A stretch of DNA of 64,000 bases from Coprothermobacterota bacterium (GCA_036679065.1 JAZIGN010000003.1:96001-160000), one strand, 5' to 3'; shown: positions 1-10,326, counted from the first letter of the stretch. Notes: a model not told the origin generated them from the letters alone. Numbers and translations: made by a program.

Positions 1-207
1 AATGGACAAACCATACCACCCATGAGTGAACTTTCCAAAGGCTTGAGGCAAATCTCCAAAGGTGCCAATGAGGCATACGAAACATTCTCCAGCCAGAGCC
101 AAGACTTGGAAAAAGCTAAGGATCTGGCGGAAACTTACAATAGTTTTAGCGGTTTACCCACAGGAGCCGCTGGAAAGGTCATGTTCATAATAAAGATAGA
201 AGATTAA
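1..207 (+). CDS. 3' end of a gene entering the window; C-terminus resembles YhgE/Pip-like coiled-coil proteins
   Basis: Frame is open from base 1 (NGQTIPPMSELSKGL...). It has a heptad-like helix and ends YNSFSGLPTGAAGKVMFIIKIED, followed by a terminator. Confidence 0.5.
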   Translation, partial: NGQTIPPMSELSKGLRQISKGANEAYETFSSQSQDLEKAKDLAETYNSFSGLPTGAAGKVMFIIKIED

Positions 208-240
208 AGCTGATAACTGAACAGAAAAGCAAATGTTGTC

Positions 241-280
241 AAGAGGCTTCTCCCCTATTGGAGGAGCCTCTTCTCTTTTT
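241..280 (+). terminator. Rho-independent terminator
   Basis: Stem AAGAGGCTTCTCC / GGAGGAGCCTCTT followed by CTCTTTTT. Confidence 0.75.
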
Positions 281-501
281 AGCATAACCAAAATGGACGC
301 ACTTGCCACCTGAGAGAATCTTTGTTTTCTGGATAACACGTTACCACAGAGTTTTTCTGCGTAAATGTGAAACAGCATTTCACTTCTTTATTGAACGATT
401 ACACTCTACAAAGCAATCAGAGCGGAACCCCCACCTTACCAAGATATGCACAACTTACCCTGCATTGTTTTACCATTATGACAAGGGAGGTGAATACACC
501 C

Positions 502-2013
502 ATGGAACTCACATTTCTGGGCGCTGCTCAGGAAGTTACTGGGTCTAGTTATTTGCTCGAGAGCGAGGACACCAAACTGCTCATCGATTTTGGCATGTTC
601 CAAGGTAAAGAAGAGGACTGGAATTACCAGCCCCTGGACATAAGAGCAAAAGAAATTAACGCACTTTTACTCACTCATGCCCATCTGGACCACTCGGGAC
701 GCATACCAGTTCTGGTAAAGAATGGCTTCCGAGGTCCCATTTTTGCCACACCGCCCACCATCGAACTTACGAAACTGCTGTGGGAAGACACGCTAAAGCT
801 CATGAAAGAAGAAAAGGAAAGACTCGACCGCAAGAGACGTAGGCAGGATAAACCACCTGTGGAACTACTGTTTGACGAATATGATGCTGATGAGGCAAGT
901 AAATTGTTTGTACCATTGCCATGGAACGAACCAGAGAGCTTCAAGGGATTTCAATTCACATTCCGACCTTCAGGGCATATATTGGGCGCCAGTAGCATAG
1001 AAGTAAGTGCAGAAAACATAAAACTGGTGTTCTCCGGTGATCTTGGACCACAGGACACAGTCTTGGAACCCCCTCCACACATTTTTGAGGATGCCGATTA
1101 TGTTGTTATTGAATCCACCTACGGAGACCGCGAGCACAAAGATTTAGAAGAAACCCGCGCCGAGTTTAAGAATGCGCTTTCTGCGGCAATCCGCGATGAG
1201 TCAAAAGTGCTCATACCCACCTTTGTTGTAGACAGAGCTCAGCGGATTATTTACGAGCTTTACCTTCTATTACAAGAAATGCCTGAACTAAGCAATATGC
1301 CTATGTATTTTGACTCACCACTGGGTAACAAAATCACCGCAGTTTACAGCAGTTATCCCGAATACCTTTTGCCTCACTTAGCTGACTTCTTCCGCGGTAT
1401 GGACCAAGAGAAGCTTGGCATTCAATATGTCGATACACCAGAGCAAAGCAAGAAACTTAACAGTTTAAGCCACGCTCTGATCATGGCTGGCTCAGGTATG
1501 TGCACAGGAGGCCGCATCTTACACCACCTCAAACATGGGTTATGGAACCCAAAGAACCATTTGATTTTCGTTGGATATCAGGCAGCAGGCACATTGGGAA
1601 GGTCCATTGTGGACGGCGCACGAAACGTAAGAATAATGGGAGAAGACATCGCTGTTAGGGCACAAATACACACCATAAACGGCTTTTCTTCACATGCTGA
1701 TGCCAAAGACTTACTGAGCTGGGCAAGTAATTTTCCACAGAACACCACTTTTCTGGTCACCCACGGTGAACCACAGCCAGCTAAATCTTTGGCTTTGGCA
1801 CTTAGCGGTCGGGGTTACTCCAGCGTTGTACCTTCGCGTCGCCAATCGGTAACGCTCAGACCAAGCAAAGAACGTATAGCCATTCCAGCTCCAGAAGCCC
1901 ATACAATAGGACAAAAAATTGACAATTTTGTGGCAAAATATCCACATAAAAGAGAACTTGTGGAGAGAGTGCTTACTGCCCTACTGGAGAGTCTGGAAGA
2001 CAGCGAAGCATGA
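502..2013 (+). CDS. Metallo-beta-lactamase/beta-CASP ribonuclease (Ysh1/TTHA0252-like)
   Basis: Motifs LGAAQEVTGS, THAHLDH, GHILG, FSGDLG, IESTYG, SGMCTGGR, FSSHAD and THGE. SD AGGGAGG precedes ATG 502. Confidence 0.92.
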   Translation: MELTFLGAAQEVTGSSYLLESEDTKLLIDFGMFQGKEEDWNYQPLDIRAKEINALLLTHAHLDHSGRIPVLVKNGFRGPIFATPPTIELTKLLWEDTLKLMKEEKERLDRKRRRQDKPPVELLFDEYDADEASKLFVPLPWNEPESFKGFQFTFRPSGHILGASSIEVSAENIKLVFSGDLGPQDTVLEPPPHIFEDADYVVIESTYGDREHKDLEETRAEFKNALSAAIRDESKVLIPTFVVDRAQRIIYELYLLLQEMPELSNMPMYFDSPLGNKITAVYSSYPEYLLPHLADFFRGMDQEKLGIQYVDTPEQSKKLNSLSHALIMAGSGMCTGGRILHHLKHGLWNPKNHLIFVGYQAAGTLGRSIVDGARNVRIMGEDIAVRAQIHTINGFSSHADAKDLLSWASNFPQNTTFLVTHGEPQPAKSLALALSGRGYSSVVPSRRQSVTLRPSKERIAIPAPEAHTIGQKIDNFVAKYPHKRELVERVLTALLESLEDSEA

Positions 2014-2034
2014 CCTCCTCAGGAGGTGGAACAG

Positions 2035-2937
2035 ATGAGTTCCAAGAAAAAGAAGATCCTTTTCAGACTCATTGTTCTCTCAGTGCTTATGTGCGTTGTT
2101 TTACCACTGTCTGTGCATGCAGCACTGGTAATTGGTAATGAGTTTGGTTACGGCACTTATGTGGGTTATTGGAAGAGTCAAGCGGACACAGTATCTCCGC
2201 CTGGTTACTTGATGGACTTCATGCAGTATGGAGGACAAACCAGTGTCTTTACAACACTTTCCACAGGCGAGGTGTTTTTTGGAGACTTCACCTTGAAAGG
2301 GAAATTGTGGTATCCGCTTGTTGCAGCGGGATCGGATGTGTACATCGCTCCTGGCAGTGAGGGTGAAATTCCCATAATACTTCTTGGATCACACGTTGTC
2401 AACCAGTCGACTGCCACGTTGCAAACCATGGCTTTACCAGGTAACGAAGTACTTTACTACATCCTCAAGCCTTTCTCCACTGTGGCAAAATACGGCGTTC
2501 TGGGTTTCTTGGTGTTAGGGCTAATTTGGGGTCTTTTAAGTGACAGCACTCCTGGATTTTCCATTAGTTGGGGTAGTGTACTTTCGGCAGTATTGGGAGC
2601 CGTTTTTCTGTTCGCTGTTTATGCCTTCGTAGATTTAGCCTCTTCTCTCTTCTTTAACGCTGCACTTAACGCGCTAGATTCTTACACAGGCCTTGTGTTA
2701 ACAATATGCTGGGCTGCTTTGTGGATAGCTTTTTGGATCATCATCATTCGCATGGTTGGTTATGGAACTAGCACTTTAAGAAAAGCCATTCCAACCCCCT
2801 GGTTCTGGATCGCTCTTGCTGTGGTAAGTTATTTTTGGTATCCCTGTGCTTTGGTGGTTTTAGTGGCACTGGCGGCTTTGGGAAGTGCGCAATGGTTTTC
2901 GAATTTCTTGGAAAGCCAAGTGTCATTTGGCAGATGA
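2035..2937 (+). CDS. Hypothetical membrane protein (signal peptide, small soluble domain, about 5 TM helices)
   Basis: Basic N-terminus, hydrophobic stretch and VHA-type cleavage site; hydrophobic C-terminal half. SD AGGAGG precedes ATG 2035. Confidence 0.75.
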   Translation: MSSKKKKILFRLIVLSVLMCVVLPLSVHAALVIGNEFGYGTYVGYWKSQADTVSPPGYLMDFMQYGGQTSVFTTLSTGEVFFGDFTLKGKLWYPLVAAGSDVYIAPGSEGEIPIILLGSHVVNQSTATLQTMALPGNEVLYYILKPFSTVAKYGVLGFLVLGLIWGLLSDSTPGFSISWGSVLSAVLGAVFLFAVYAFVDLASSLFFNAALNALDSYTGLVLTICWAALWIAFWIIIIRMVGYGTSTLRKAIPTPWFWIALAVVSYFWYPCALVVLVALAALGSAQWFSNFLESQVSFGR

Positions 2938-3011
2938 GAAAATTCACTTATGTAAAACGTACCGGTGAATAAGACGATCAGTACAGGTTTGATGAGCCAT
3001 AGGAGAAATCA

Positions 3012-4307
3012 GTGGAGCCCATAGTAGCATTGGCCACTCCGTGGGGAGTGGGAGCCCTACACGTGATCAGAATATCTGGTGATGCATCGAAAAACACAGT
3101 AGAAGCATTTCTTAACAAGCCATTACAAAAGCCACGACATGCCTCTTTGAGGTACTTCAGCTCCGAAAAGGTAGAAGATCAAGTTGTGGCAATTTGGTAT
3201 TCTGAGCCACACTCCTACACAGGAGAAGAAATGGTTGAGATAATGTGCCACGGTAACCCAGCCATTGCAGAGCTTATCATAGAGACTCTTTTGGATGCCG
3301 GTATGAAACCCGCTCAGCCTGGGGAATTCACCTTCCGAGCTTTCCTTAACGGAAAGATGGACCTTACTCAGGCTGAAGCGGTTAACGATCTTATTCTGGC
3401 AAGAAGCACAGAGCTTCTAAAAGCCGGTGAGAATACGCTGAAAGGCAAACTTAGCGACAGAATAGCAAGTCTAAGGAGTAAAGTACTTAACGTATTGGCT
3501 TTCCTCCAGGCAGCCATGGACTTCCCCGAAGACGTAGAGGAGAGCAATATTGAAGAGCAGTTGAGAGAAATACTGGTAGAAACTCAAGACCTCATTGAAA
3601 GCGCCAAAACAGCTGAAATACTCAGAAAAGGCATAAGCCTGGTAATAGCAGGTAGGCCAAATGTGGGCAAATCTTCTTTAATGAACGCACTAGTTGGCAT
3701 GGAACGTTCCATCGTGTCGCAAATCCCAGGGACTACTAGAGATTACATAGAACAGTACACGGTATTAGGAAAAATACCTGTAAATGTGGTAGATACTGCG
3801 GGGCTTCGCCACACGGATGATCCCATTGAACAAGAAGGCGTAAAACTGGCACTTCGTAGAATTGAGGAAGCTGATCTGGTAATTTTCCTATATGATGCCT
3901 CAACGGGATGGACCGATGAAGATCAGCAGATGTTCAATCTCATTCAAGAAGAAAAGACCATTGTTGTGGGAAACAAAATAGATAAAGGCAAAGGCGCTGA
4001 GCAGCATCCAAAGGCCTACTTCGTCAGCGCAAAGGAAAAGACAGGCATAGACCGAATAATTGAAGCCATACACCAGCTGATGAATATTACGGAACCGCCA
4101 AAACTTCTAGTGAGCCAAAGGCAAATGGGGCTTTTAGAAAAGACCCTTGGCGACGTGCACGATGCTCTGGAACATCTTAGTGTTTACGCTGAGGTGGCAG
4201 CCGACGATTTGTTCTCTGCACTTAGGAATTTAACAACCCTAATTGACGGAGACGTAGAAGAAGACCTTCTATCAACAGTTTTCTCTAATTTTTGCATTGG
4301 GAAGTAA
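3012..4307 (+). CDS. mnmE: tRNA uridine-34 modification GTPase
   Basis: Motifs SYTGE..VEI.CHG, GEFTFRAFLNGKMDL, GRPNVGKS, GTTRD, DTAG, NKID and C-terminal FCIGK. Confidence 0.97.
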   Translation: MEPIVALATPWGVGALHVIRISGDASKNTVEAFLNKPLQKPRHASLRYFSSEKVEDQVVAIWYSEPHSYTGEEMVEIMCHGNPAIAELIIETLLDAGMKPAQPGEFTFRAFLNGKMDLTQAEAVNDLILARSTELLKAGENTLKGKLSDRIASLRSKVLNVLAFLQAAMDFPEDVEESNIEEQLREILVETQDLIESAKTAEILRKGISLVIAGRPNVGKSSLMNALVGMERSIVSQIPGTTRDYIEQYTVLGKIPVNVVDTAGLRHTDDPIEQEGVKLALRRIEEADLVIFLYDASTGWTDEDQQMFNLIQEEKTIVVGNKIDKGKGAEQHPKAYFVSAKEKTGIDRIIEAIHQLMNITEPPKLLVSQRQMGLLEKTLGDVHDALEHLSVYAEVAADDLFSALRNLTTLIDGDVEEDLLSTVFSNFCIGK

Positions 4308-4338
4308 GTAGTTCAGGGTCTTGTTTCCCCACATAATT

Positions 4339-7300
4339 CTACGTTCTTTCATCTTCTCCTTTTCGCGTTTTCTTGCTTCTCTTTTGAAGGTACATCCGTG
4401 CGTCTGATGTTCTGAGAAGTTCCTCCAAAGTTAAAACTTCCTTGGCTTCCACAATTCCGTAACTGAGGCCAACTGGTATCGGACTGTTAGCAAGCTCCAT
4501 TTCTATTCTTTCTGCCACTTTTTGTGCCCCTTGTTCGTCACTTTGAAGCAAGATAGCAAGGAACTCATCGCCACCCCATCTCACAGCGAAATCGCTTTGT
4601 CGAATATGTTTCTTCAAACCAGAACCAACTTCACGTAGCACCTGATCGCCCACTGGATGCCCCAACGTGTCGTTTATGTTCTTCAGATTATCTACGTCCA
4701 TGAATATGACCGAAAAAGATCTGCCGCTCCTTTCATAGTCACTCCAAAGTCTGTTAAGCACTTCCAGACCAAAGTTCCTGTTAAATAGACCTGTTAGAGC
4801 ATCATTGGTACCATAGCGAATTCCCCAAACTCTTTCCACAGATAAGAGGACAGCTTTTAAAACCAAGGCGTCAGCTACGTTCCCATTCTTCACCACTAAA
4901 GTGCCCCAGAAGGGCGGTAGGTACATGTCGATGGCAAACCCGCTAACTCGCTCTCTTCCAGCACGATAAATCTCTTCTCCCCAGCTTATGGAAAGAAAGA
5001 AATCCTCATAAAAGTGGCTAAGAATGTTCCCTAAGTAGTTAATGAATCCGCTAATGGTAGCCTGCTCTAAGGGCAGAGAAAGAAGGCTTTTCTCTAGCAT
5101 TTGAAGATTCATACTATGAGTCAAAGGAATATTTGCCTCGTGTATTTCCTTCCTTAAAAGGTTTGCTTTTTCGGAAAGGCCTAAAAGCGTAGCTAAACGA
5201 AGAGCTTCTTCCAAGAAGGCTGCTTTTTCCTCCCCTTCCACCAGCGAAGCTAGTAGTTCGTAAATGAACATGGCATCAGCGAGGTACCAACCGTGCTCAG
5301 CTCTTACAGCAAATGCCATGAGGTTCTCCACTGTGTCCCTTTGCCTAAAAGCCCTTAAGAACAGCACTATGGGCCGGTCACTACTAAATAGCTTCAACTT
5401 GCTAAGATTTTCAGGGCTCTTCTTGCAAAGCCACATCAATGGATACAAAGGCTGACTGGAACTAAGACCAAGCGAAGGAAACGTTACCTCGCTCCACGAA
5501 CGCAGGTCCAAAACAGCCTGGAAAACAGTTAGCCTGAAATGCTCTTCTTCACTGCCAGTCTCGGCATTCATCATGGACAATACATCTTTGGCCAAGTTCT
5601 CCATACCACTTAACCAATAAATCACAACTGCAACTTCTCCTACGTCAAAACGTGTCTTACTGTCAGCTTCTGGCATGAGAGAAATAAGTTCTTCCAATGC
5701 TTCTTTTGGTAGTCCCATGAACTGAAAGTAGGTAGCGCAGTAGTTCGATAAAGCTACCGCTCTCAAAGCCAAATTGCACGGTGCTGTGCTGCGAAAGGCA
5801 GCGTTTACGTACTTAAAAGAAGCAGAGGGGCCCTCCAGCTCCAAGGCGGAGTCTGACAGGTTTATGAGAAGCCTTAAATGCACTTCAGATCCATCCAAAG
5901 GACCCATAATCTCTAAACCACGTTGAAAAGCATCGTATGCTGCATAAAAACGCCCATTATAGGCAAGTAAGACCCCCAAGCTATTATAAAAAGAACCCAA
6001 GTGTTCCCTTAGATAGCGTTTGCCCACTATGACCTCAAGGAATTGTTCTAAAAGCTCCAACCCTTCCCTGTATCTTCCTTTTAAAACCAGTGGTAAAGTT
6101 AAATCACCAGCAAACCGCGGGAAGAACAGAGAATCGTAAAGGGCTTCCTTGTCTCTCAACAACTCTAACACTAAAGCCTCTGCCTCAGCTGTTCTTCCAC
6201 TGTAGGAAAGGAATCTAACCAGATTAGCCATATCCACTAGATTTGGGTTTTTAAGTGACTTTAGTGTTTCTACCGCACCTTCCAGGTCATTTGCCCAGTA
6301 CTGGCAAAGACTTTTCAGTCTTTTGTAACCAGGACCTTTTACCCCAAGCTGGTCCAACCTTTCAATTGTCTTCATGGCTTCCAACGTGCCCTTATTGGCC
6401 CTAAGCTCCATCAGTAGCGCAAAAGCTTCCTTCTTTCTATTGCCCACAGTTCTGTAACGCGTAGCAATTCTTCCCCAATAATCGCTATAGCCTGCCTGCG
6501 CCATGGCGTCAGCTACGTTCTCGATGATCTGTTTCCGCCTTGGTTCTGGTATCCTCTCTCGCACCTCCTGTCTTACCCGAGAGGAAGGGAACCTGTAAAG
6601 AGGGGATTCCCAAAAAACCAAGTGAAGGCGTTCCAGTGGTTCCAAGGCAGAGTAATCCTTCTGATCGCCACCAAGAAGAATGTCCTTTATAAACGAACTG
6701 TTTCTTTCAGCCATGACAGCGAAGCCGTTGACCAAATCTAATGCCTTCTGGGGAAGTTCGCTTAGTGCCTTTTGTACAGCTTCACTTAAAGTCTTTGCAC
6801 GTGTCTGGCATAGGAAGAGAAGTTCATGCCAGTTACCCTCCGTCTCCGCAATCATTTTTCCAGCGTCTTCCTCAGTGAAACCAAGGTTTCGGCAGTACTC
6901 AACCAGGTAACCATCTCCCAAGAAAGGATCCAGGGAACTGTTTTCCAAAACGGTTTCAGCCCATTCTTGAGGAAAAGCATCTCCAACAACCACAACGGTA
7001 ATATCCGTAGCTGCTACCAGCTCTGGTAAAACCACAGAAAACAAATGGTTGTAATCATCCTGCAGCCAGTCATCTATGAACCAGTATTTTATGCCCGAAG
7101 CCCTGACCAAATCCACCATGGCACTTAGAAGTAGCGTTTGTTCCTGACTTACTGCTAAAGGCCGGTACGGCTTAAAAGCGCCAAGGGCAGGGTAAAACCT
7201 GTCATGCAAGTAGCGTCTTATAATTGGACCGTGCTCGGGGAACTCTTCCAGGAAACCTTCCCTAACCTCACAGAGTAAGTCGTGAAAAAGTTGCCCTATG

Positions 7301-7455
7301 CCTGTCAAGGGAGAGTAGTAGAGACTGTACAGACTCTTGCTTTTACAAGCCTTCTTCAGCTGTTTTAAAGTGTATGTACGTCCCTTCCCCGTCGGTATAT
7401 CCAGGTAAACAATACCTTTGGCATCCCTTAAGAGTGCCTCCCACTCTTGCAGCAT
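4339..7455 (-). CDS. Diguanylate cyclase with degenerate N-terminal STAND/AAA NTPase domain and TPR region
   Basis: C-terminal DALTGLFNR, DVDNLKNINDTLGHPVGD and RQSD..RWGGDEF. N-terminal PTGKGRT and YWFIDD; TPR-like helices in between. Start taken at ATG 7455, 6 nt after TATAAT. Confidence 0.85.
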   Translation of the reverse strand: MLQEWEALLRDAKGIVYLDIPTGKGRTYTLKQLKKACKSKSLYSLYYSPLTGIGQLFHDLLCEVREGFLEEFPEHGPIIRRYLHDRFYPALGAFKPYRPLAVSQEQTLLLSAMVDLVRASGIKYWFIDDWLQDDYNHLFSVVLPELVAATDITVVVVGDAFPQEWAETVLENSSLDPFLGDGYLVEYCRNLGFTEEDAGKMIAETEGNWHELLFLCQTRAKTLSEAVQKALSELPQKALDLVNGFAVMAERNSSFIKDILLGGDQKDYSALEPLERLHLVFWESPLYRFPSSRVRQEVRERIPEPRRKQIIENVADAMAQAGYSDYWGRIATRYRTVGNRKKEAFALLMELRANKGTLEAMKTIERLDQLGVKGPGYKRLKSLCQYWANDLEGAVETLKSLKNPNLVDMANLVRFLSYSGRTAEAEALVLELLRDKEALYDSLFFPRFAGDLTLPLVLKGRYREGLELLEQFLEVIVGKRYLREHLGSFYNSLGVLLAYNGRFYAAYDAFQRGLEIMGPLDGSEVHLRLLINLSDSALELEGPSASFKYVNAAFRSTAPCNLALRAVALSNYCATYFQFMGLPKEALEELISLMPEADSKTRFDVGEVAVVIYWLSGMENLAKDVLSMMNAETGSEEEHFRLTVFQAVLDLRSWSEVTFPSLGLSSSQPLYPLMWLCKKSPENLSKLKLFSSDRPIVLFLRAFRQRDTVENLMAFAVRAEHGWYLADAMFIYELLASLVEGEEKAAFLEEALRLATLLGLSEKANLLRKEIHEANIPLTHSMNLQMLEKSLLSLPLEQATISGFINYLGNILSHFYEDFFLSISWGEEIYRAGRERVSGFAIDMYLPPFWGTLVVKNGNVADALVLKAVLLSVERVWGIRYGTNDALTGLFNRNFGLEVLNRLWSDYERSGRSFSVIFMDVDNLKNINDTLGHPVGDQVLREVGSGLKKHIRQSDFAVRWGGDEFLAILLQSDEQGAQKVAERIEMELANSPIPVGLSYGIVEAKEVLTLEELLRTSDARMYLQKRSKKTRKGEDERT

Positions 7456-7512
7456 AATGAAATTATAATCTAACGAAGCGAATAAACACAATTCATAAAA
7501 GAGGTGAAGAAC

Positions 7513-7968
7513 ATGGAACAGTGGCTTGAGGTAAAACTTATCGGTTTGGATGGTAAGCCGGTGAAAGTAAGTGACTTTCAAGGCTGGAAAGTATTGTACT
7601 TTTTTCCCAGAGCTATGACTTCAGGATGCACAATGGAAGCCGAGGATTTCTCAAGGCTTCATGAGGACTTTCTGGCCCTAGGCGTGACAATCATTGGAGT
7701 GTCCACAGACAGTGCGGAAAGACTTAATAAGTTCAAAGAAAAGGTCGGAATCCCTTTTGTTCTGCTAAGTGACCCTGATCATGAACTGGCTGAAACGTTG
7801 GGCGTGTGGAAAGAAAAGAACATGTACGGTAAGAAGACCATGGGCATCGAGCGGAGCACCTTTCTCATAAACCCTGATAACCAGATAGTCAAGGAATGGC
7901 GGAAGGTAAAAGTCTCCGGACATGCCCAGGAAGTGCTTGCTAAGGTAAAAGAGATAGTTAAAAGCTAA
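7513..7968 (+). CDS. bcp: Peroxiredoxin Bcp/PrxQ
   Basis: YFFPRAMTSGCTMEA (PxxxTxxC), GVSTD and GIERSTFLI. SD AGAGGTG precedes ATG 7513. Confidence 0.93.
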   Translation: MEQWLEVKLIGLDGKPVKVSDFQGWKVLYFFPRAMTSGCTMEAEDFSRLHEDFLALGVTIIGVSTDSAERLNKFKEKVGIPFVLLSDPDHELAETLGVWKEKNMYGKKTMGIERSTFLINPDNQIVKEWRKVKVSGHAQEVLAKVKEIVKS

Positions 7969-7978
7969 ACAAGCTTAG

Positions 7979-9217
7979 CTACCAACGGCTCAAATACTCC
8001 TTTTGACTTTCAGTAAGCTGGTCGATTTTTATGCCCAAGGAGTCGAGTTTGATCCGCGCCACTTCCTCATCAACCTCCGAAGGCACCTGCAGCACCTGAG
8101 GCTGCAGCGCTCCCTTGTTCTGCATTAAGTATCTAAGTGAGAGAAACTGAGCGGCAAAAGAAAGGTCCATAATCTCAGCTGGATGCCCTTGGCCAGCAGC
8201 CAAATTCATGAGCCTGCCTTCCGCGATAAGGAATAACACCTTTCCATTTGGCATTCTGTAGCCCATAATGTTTGGCCTGGCTTCATAGCTCTCCTTAGCC
8301 AACCTTTCCAAAGCTGCTACGTCCACTTCCACATTGAAATGCCCGGCATTGCCTAAGATAGCTCCGTCTTTCATCTTTAAGAAATGCTCTTCACGTATGA
8401 CACCCGCATTACCTGTAGCAGTTATGAATACTTCCCCCACTTGGCAAGCTTCATCCATGCTCATCACAGTAAAACCTTCCGCATAAGCTTCTAAGGCTTT
8501 TACTGGGTCAACTTCTGTGACAATGACCTTCGCCCCCAGACCTTTGAGTTTTTCCGCAATACCTCTGCCAACAAAACCGAAACCTGCCACCACGAAGGTC
8601 TTACCACCAATGAGTAAATTCGTGTTGTGCATGAAACTGTAGACAGAGGATTCTCCGGTGCCGTAGCGGTTGTCGAATAAATGTTTTACTCGTGCGTCAT
8701 TCACAGCCATCACAGGAAATGGCAGTCTACCAGCATTTGCCATGTTTCTCGCTCTGATAAGCCCCGTAGTGGTTTCTTCCGTGACGCCTATGACTTTCTC
8801 AGCCTTTTCTGGGAAACGTTCCACGAGCATGGTGGTCAAATCAAATCCATCGTCCAATATCAAATCGGGATTGAAAGAGAGCAGGTGCTGTAAGTTCTGT
8901 TCATACTCTTGTTGAGTCTCACCGCGCCAGGCAAAAACTTCTAGGCCCTCGTGCTCAAGGGCCGCAGCCACATCATCCTGCGTAGAGAGAGGATTACTTC
9001 CCGTAACAACCACCTGAGCGCCTGCATCTCTAAGCAACAAAGCCAAACGGGCTGTCTTTGCCTCCAGGTGTATACACATGGCAATGGTCAGACCGTTAAA
9101 AGGTTTCTCCTTGGCGTAAATATTCTGCAGCTCCCCGCACACAGGCATGAAACGCCTAACCCAGTCAATTTTAATCAGCCCATCACCATATAAAGCCGGA
9201 TTCTTTACTTGACCCAC
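7979..9217 (-). CDS. ahcY: Adenosylhomocysteinase (SAH hydrolase)
   Basis: Motifs SNPLSTQDD, EETTTG, FDNRYGTGES, GFGFVGRG, NAGHF and NLAAGQGHP. Confidence 0.97.
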   Translation of the reverse strand: MGQVKNPALYGDGLIKIDWVRRFMPVCGELQNIYAKEKPFNGLTIAMCIHLEAKTARLALLLRDAGAQVVVTGSNPLSTQDDVAAALEHEGLEVFAWRGETQQEYEQNLQHLLSFNPDLILDDGFDLTTMLVERFPEKAEKVIGVTEETTTGLIRARNMANAGRLPFPVMAVNDARVKHLFDNRYGTGESSVYSFMHNTNLLIGGKTFVVAGFGFVGRGIAEKLKGLGAKVIVTEVDPVKALEAYAEGFTVMSMDEACQVGEVFITATGNAGVIREEHFLKMKDGAILGNAGHFNVEVDVAALERLAKESYEARPNIMGYRMPNGKVLFLIAEGRLMNLAAGQGHPAEIMDLSFAAQFLSLRYLMQNKGALQPQVLQVPSEVDEEVARIKLDSLGIKIDQLTESQKEYLSRW

Positions 9218-9255
9218 CTCATAACACGCTCCTTTCTTCTTTCTTACATACTAAC

Positions 9256-10326
9256 TCAAGGACACAATATGATCTGCCTGTACCAAAGGCAGTCTCCACA
9301 ACTGGGCATATTCCCCCAGCAGTCTGCTTTGTCATCCCATAGAAAGCTGCACCCGTCTCGCAAAAAGCAGTCAGCACAAGAGGGATAAAGGGCATACCGA
9401 ACCTTGAAACGAAAGATGCTGTAATCAGGACTGTTCCAAATATTCATCAGCGATTCTTCGTTTATGTTTCCGAACCCACGAGTGTGAAGTGTCTTCACTC
9501 TACCGAATACACGCTCGGCGCCCTCATGGAGAAAGCGATAGCAAGGACATACTGTACCGTCAGCCGCTATGACGGCTGCACTTCTCTCCACAAACCTGCA
9601 GAGGCGATCAGTTCTTATACAGAATTCTGGGTACTCCACGCCTACCTTGGCATAAAGTTCAGAAGAAAGTCTAAACCGCAAATCACTGGCTCTGTCTTTC
9701 ACGTAAAGGACTTCTTTATCCAGCTCGGGTGTCATGGGAAGCAAATTGTTTATGAGAACGTATCTGATACCGTGTTTACTGAGCTCCTTCATAAGTTCAA
9801 TGTCCTCTTTTAAGCTGCTCTTTGTCAAAACCATTTCTGCAGATAAAATGGGGCGCATTTTATTTCTTAGCTGCTTCAGACGAGTTATGAGATCACCCAC
9901 AATGAAGGTGTTTTCTACATTGTTGTGTCCCAGTGGGGAAGATTCCACCGATATGTAAATCTCATCAACGCGCTGATCCACCAAGAAATCTGCAACCTCT
10001 GGATTTATGAGAGTTCCGTTGGTGGTTATGGTAACCCTTTTGTAAGCGTTCTTTAGCTGTCTGACAACCTCCTTCCAAAGTGGATGCATGAGCGGCTCAC
10101 CAATACCACCAATGATGACATCCTCAGCCGGAGAATCAATGACTTCACGAAGCATGTTTTGCACGGTCTTTTCGTCCATGAGTGCTTGAGCATGATCCTC
10201 ATAGGTATGCCTGAAACACATTGCGCAGTCCAAATTGCAAGCTCTGGACAGTTCAACGTAAACGCGCTTCAGGGGCTTGGGTTCAATTAAGACTTTGGCA
10301 TTACCCAGGTAATATTCCACCGCCAT
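9256..10326 (-). CDS. Tungsten-cofactor oxidoreductase radical SAM/SPASM maturase (TIGR04317-like)
   Basis: CNLDCAMC, GGIGEP, and a Cys-rich C-terminus YPSCADC...DCWGNMPSCGDCLW...IILCP. aor and moaD lie nearby on the same strand. Confidence 0.85.
   Translation of the reverse strand: MAVEYYLGNAKVLIEPKPLKRVYVELSRACNLDCAMCFRHTYEDHAQALMDEKTVQNMLREVIDSPAEDVIIGGIGEPLMHPLWKEVVRQLKNAYKRVTITTNGTLINPEVADFLVDQRVDEIYISVESSPLGHNNVENTFIVGDLITRLKQLRNKMRPILSAEMVLTKSSLKEDIELMKELSKHGIRYVLINNLLPMTPELDKEVLYVKDRASDLRFRLSSELYAKVGVEYPEFCIRTDRLCRFVERSAAVIAADGTVCPCYRFLHEGAERVFGRVKTLHTRGFGNINEESLMNIWNSPDYSIFRFKVRYALYPSCADCFLRDGCSFLWDDKADCWGNMPSCGDCLWYRQIILCP

Noticed and set aside
3012..4307. Replication origin near mnmE
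   Set aside because: No dnaA, rnpA, yidC or mnmG neighbours, and I saw no cluster of TTATCCACA boxes.
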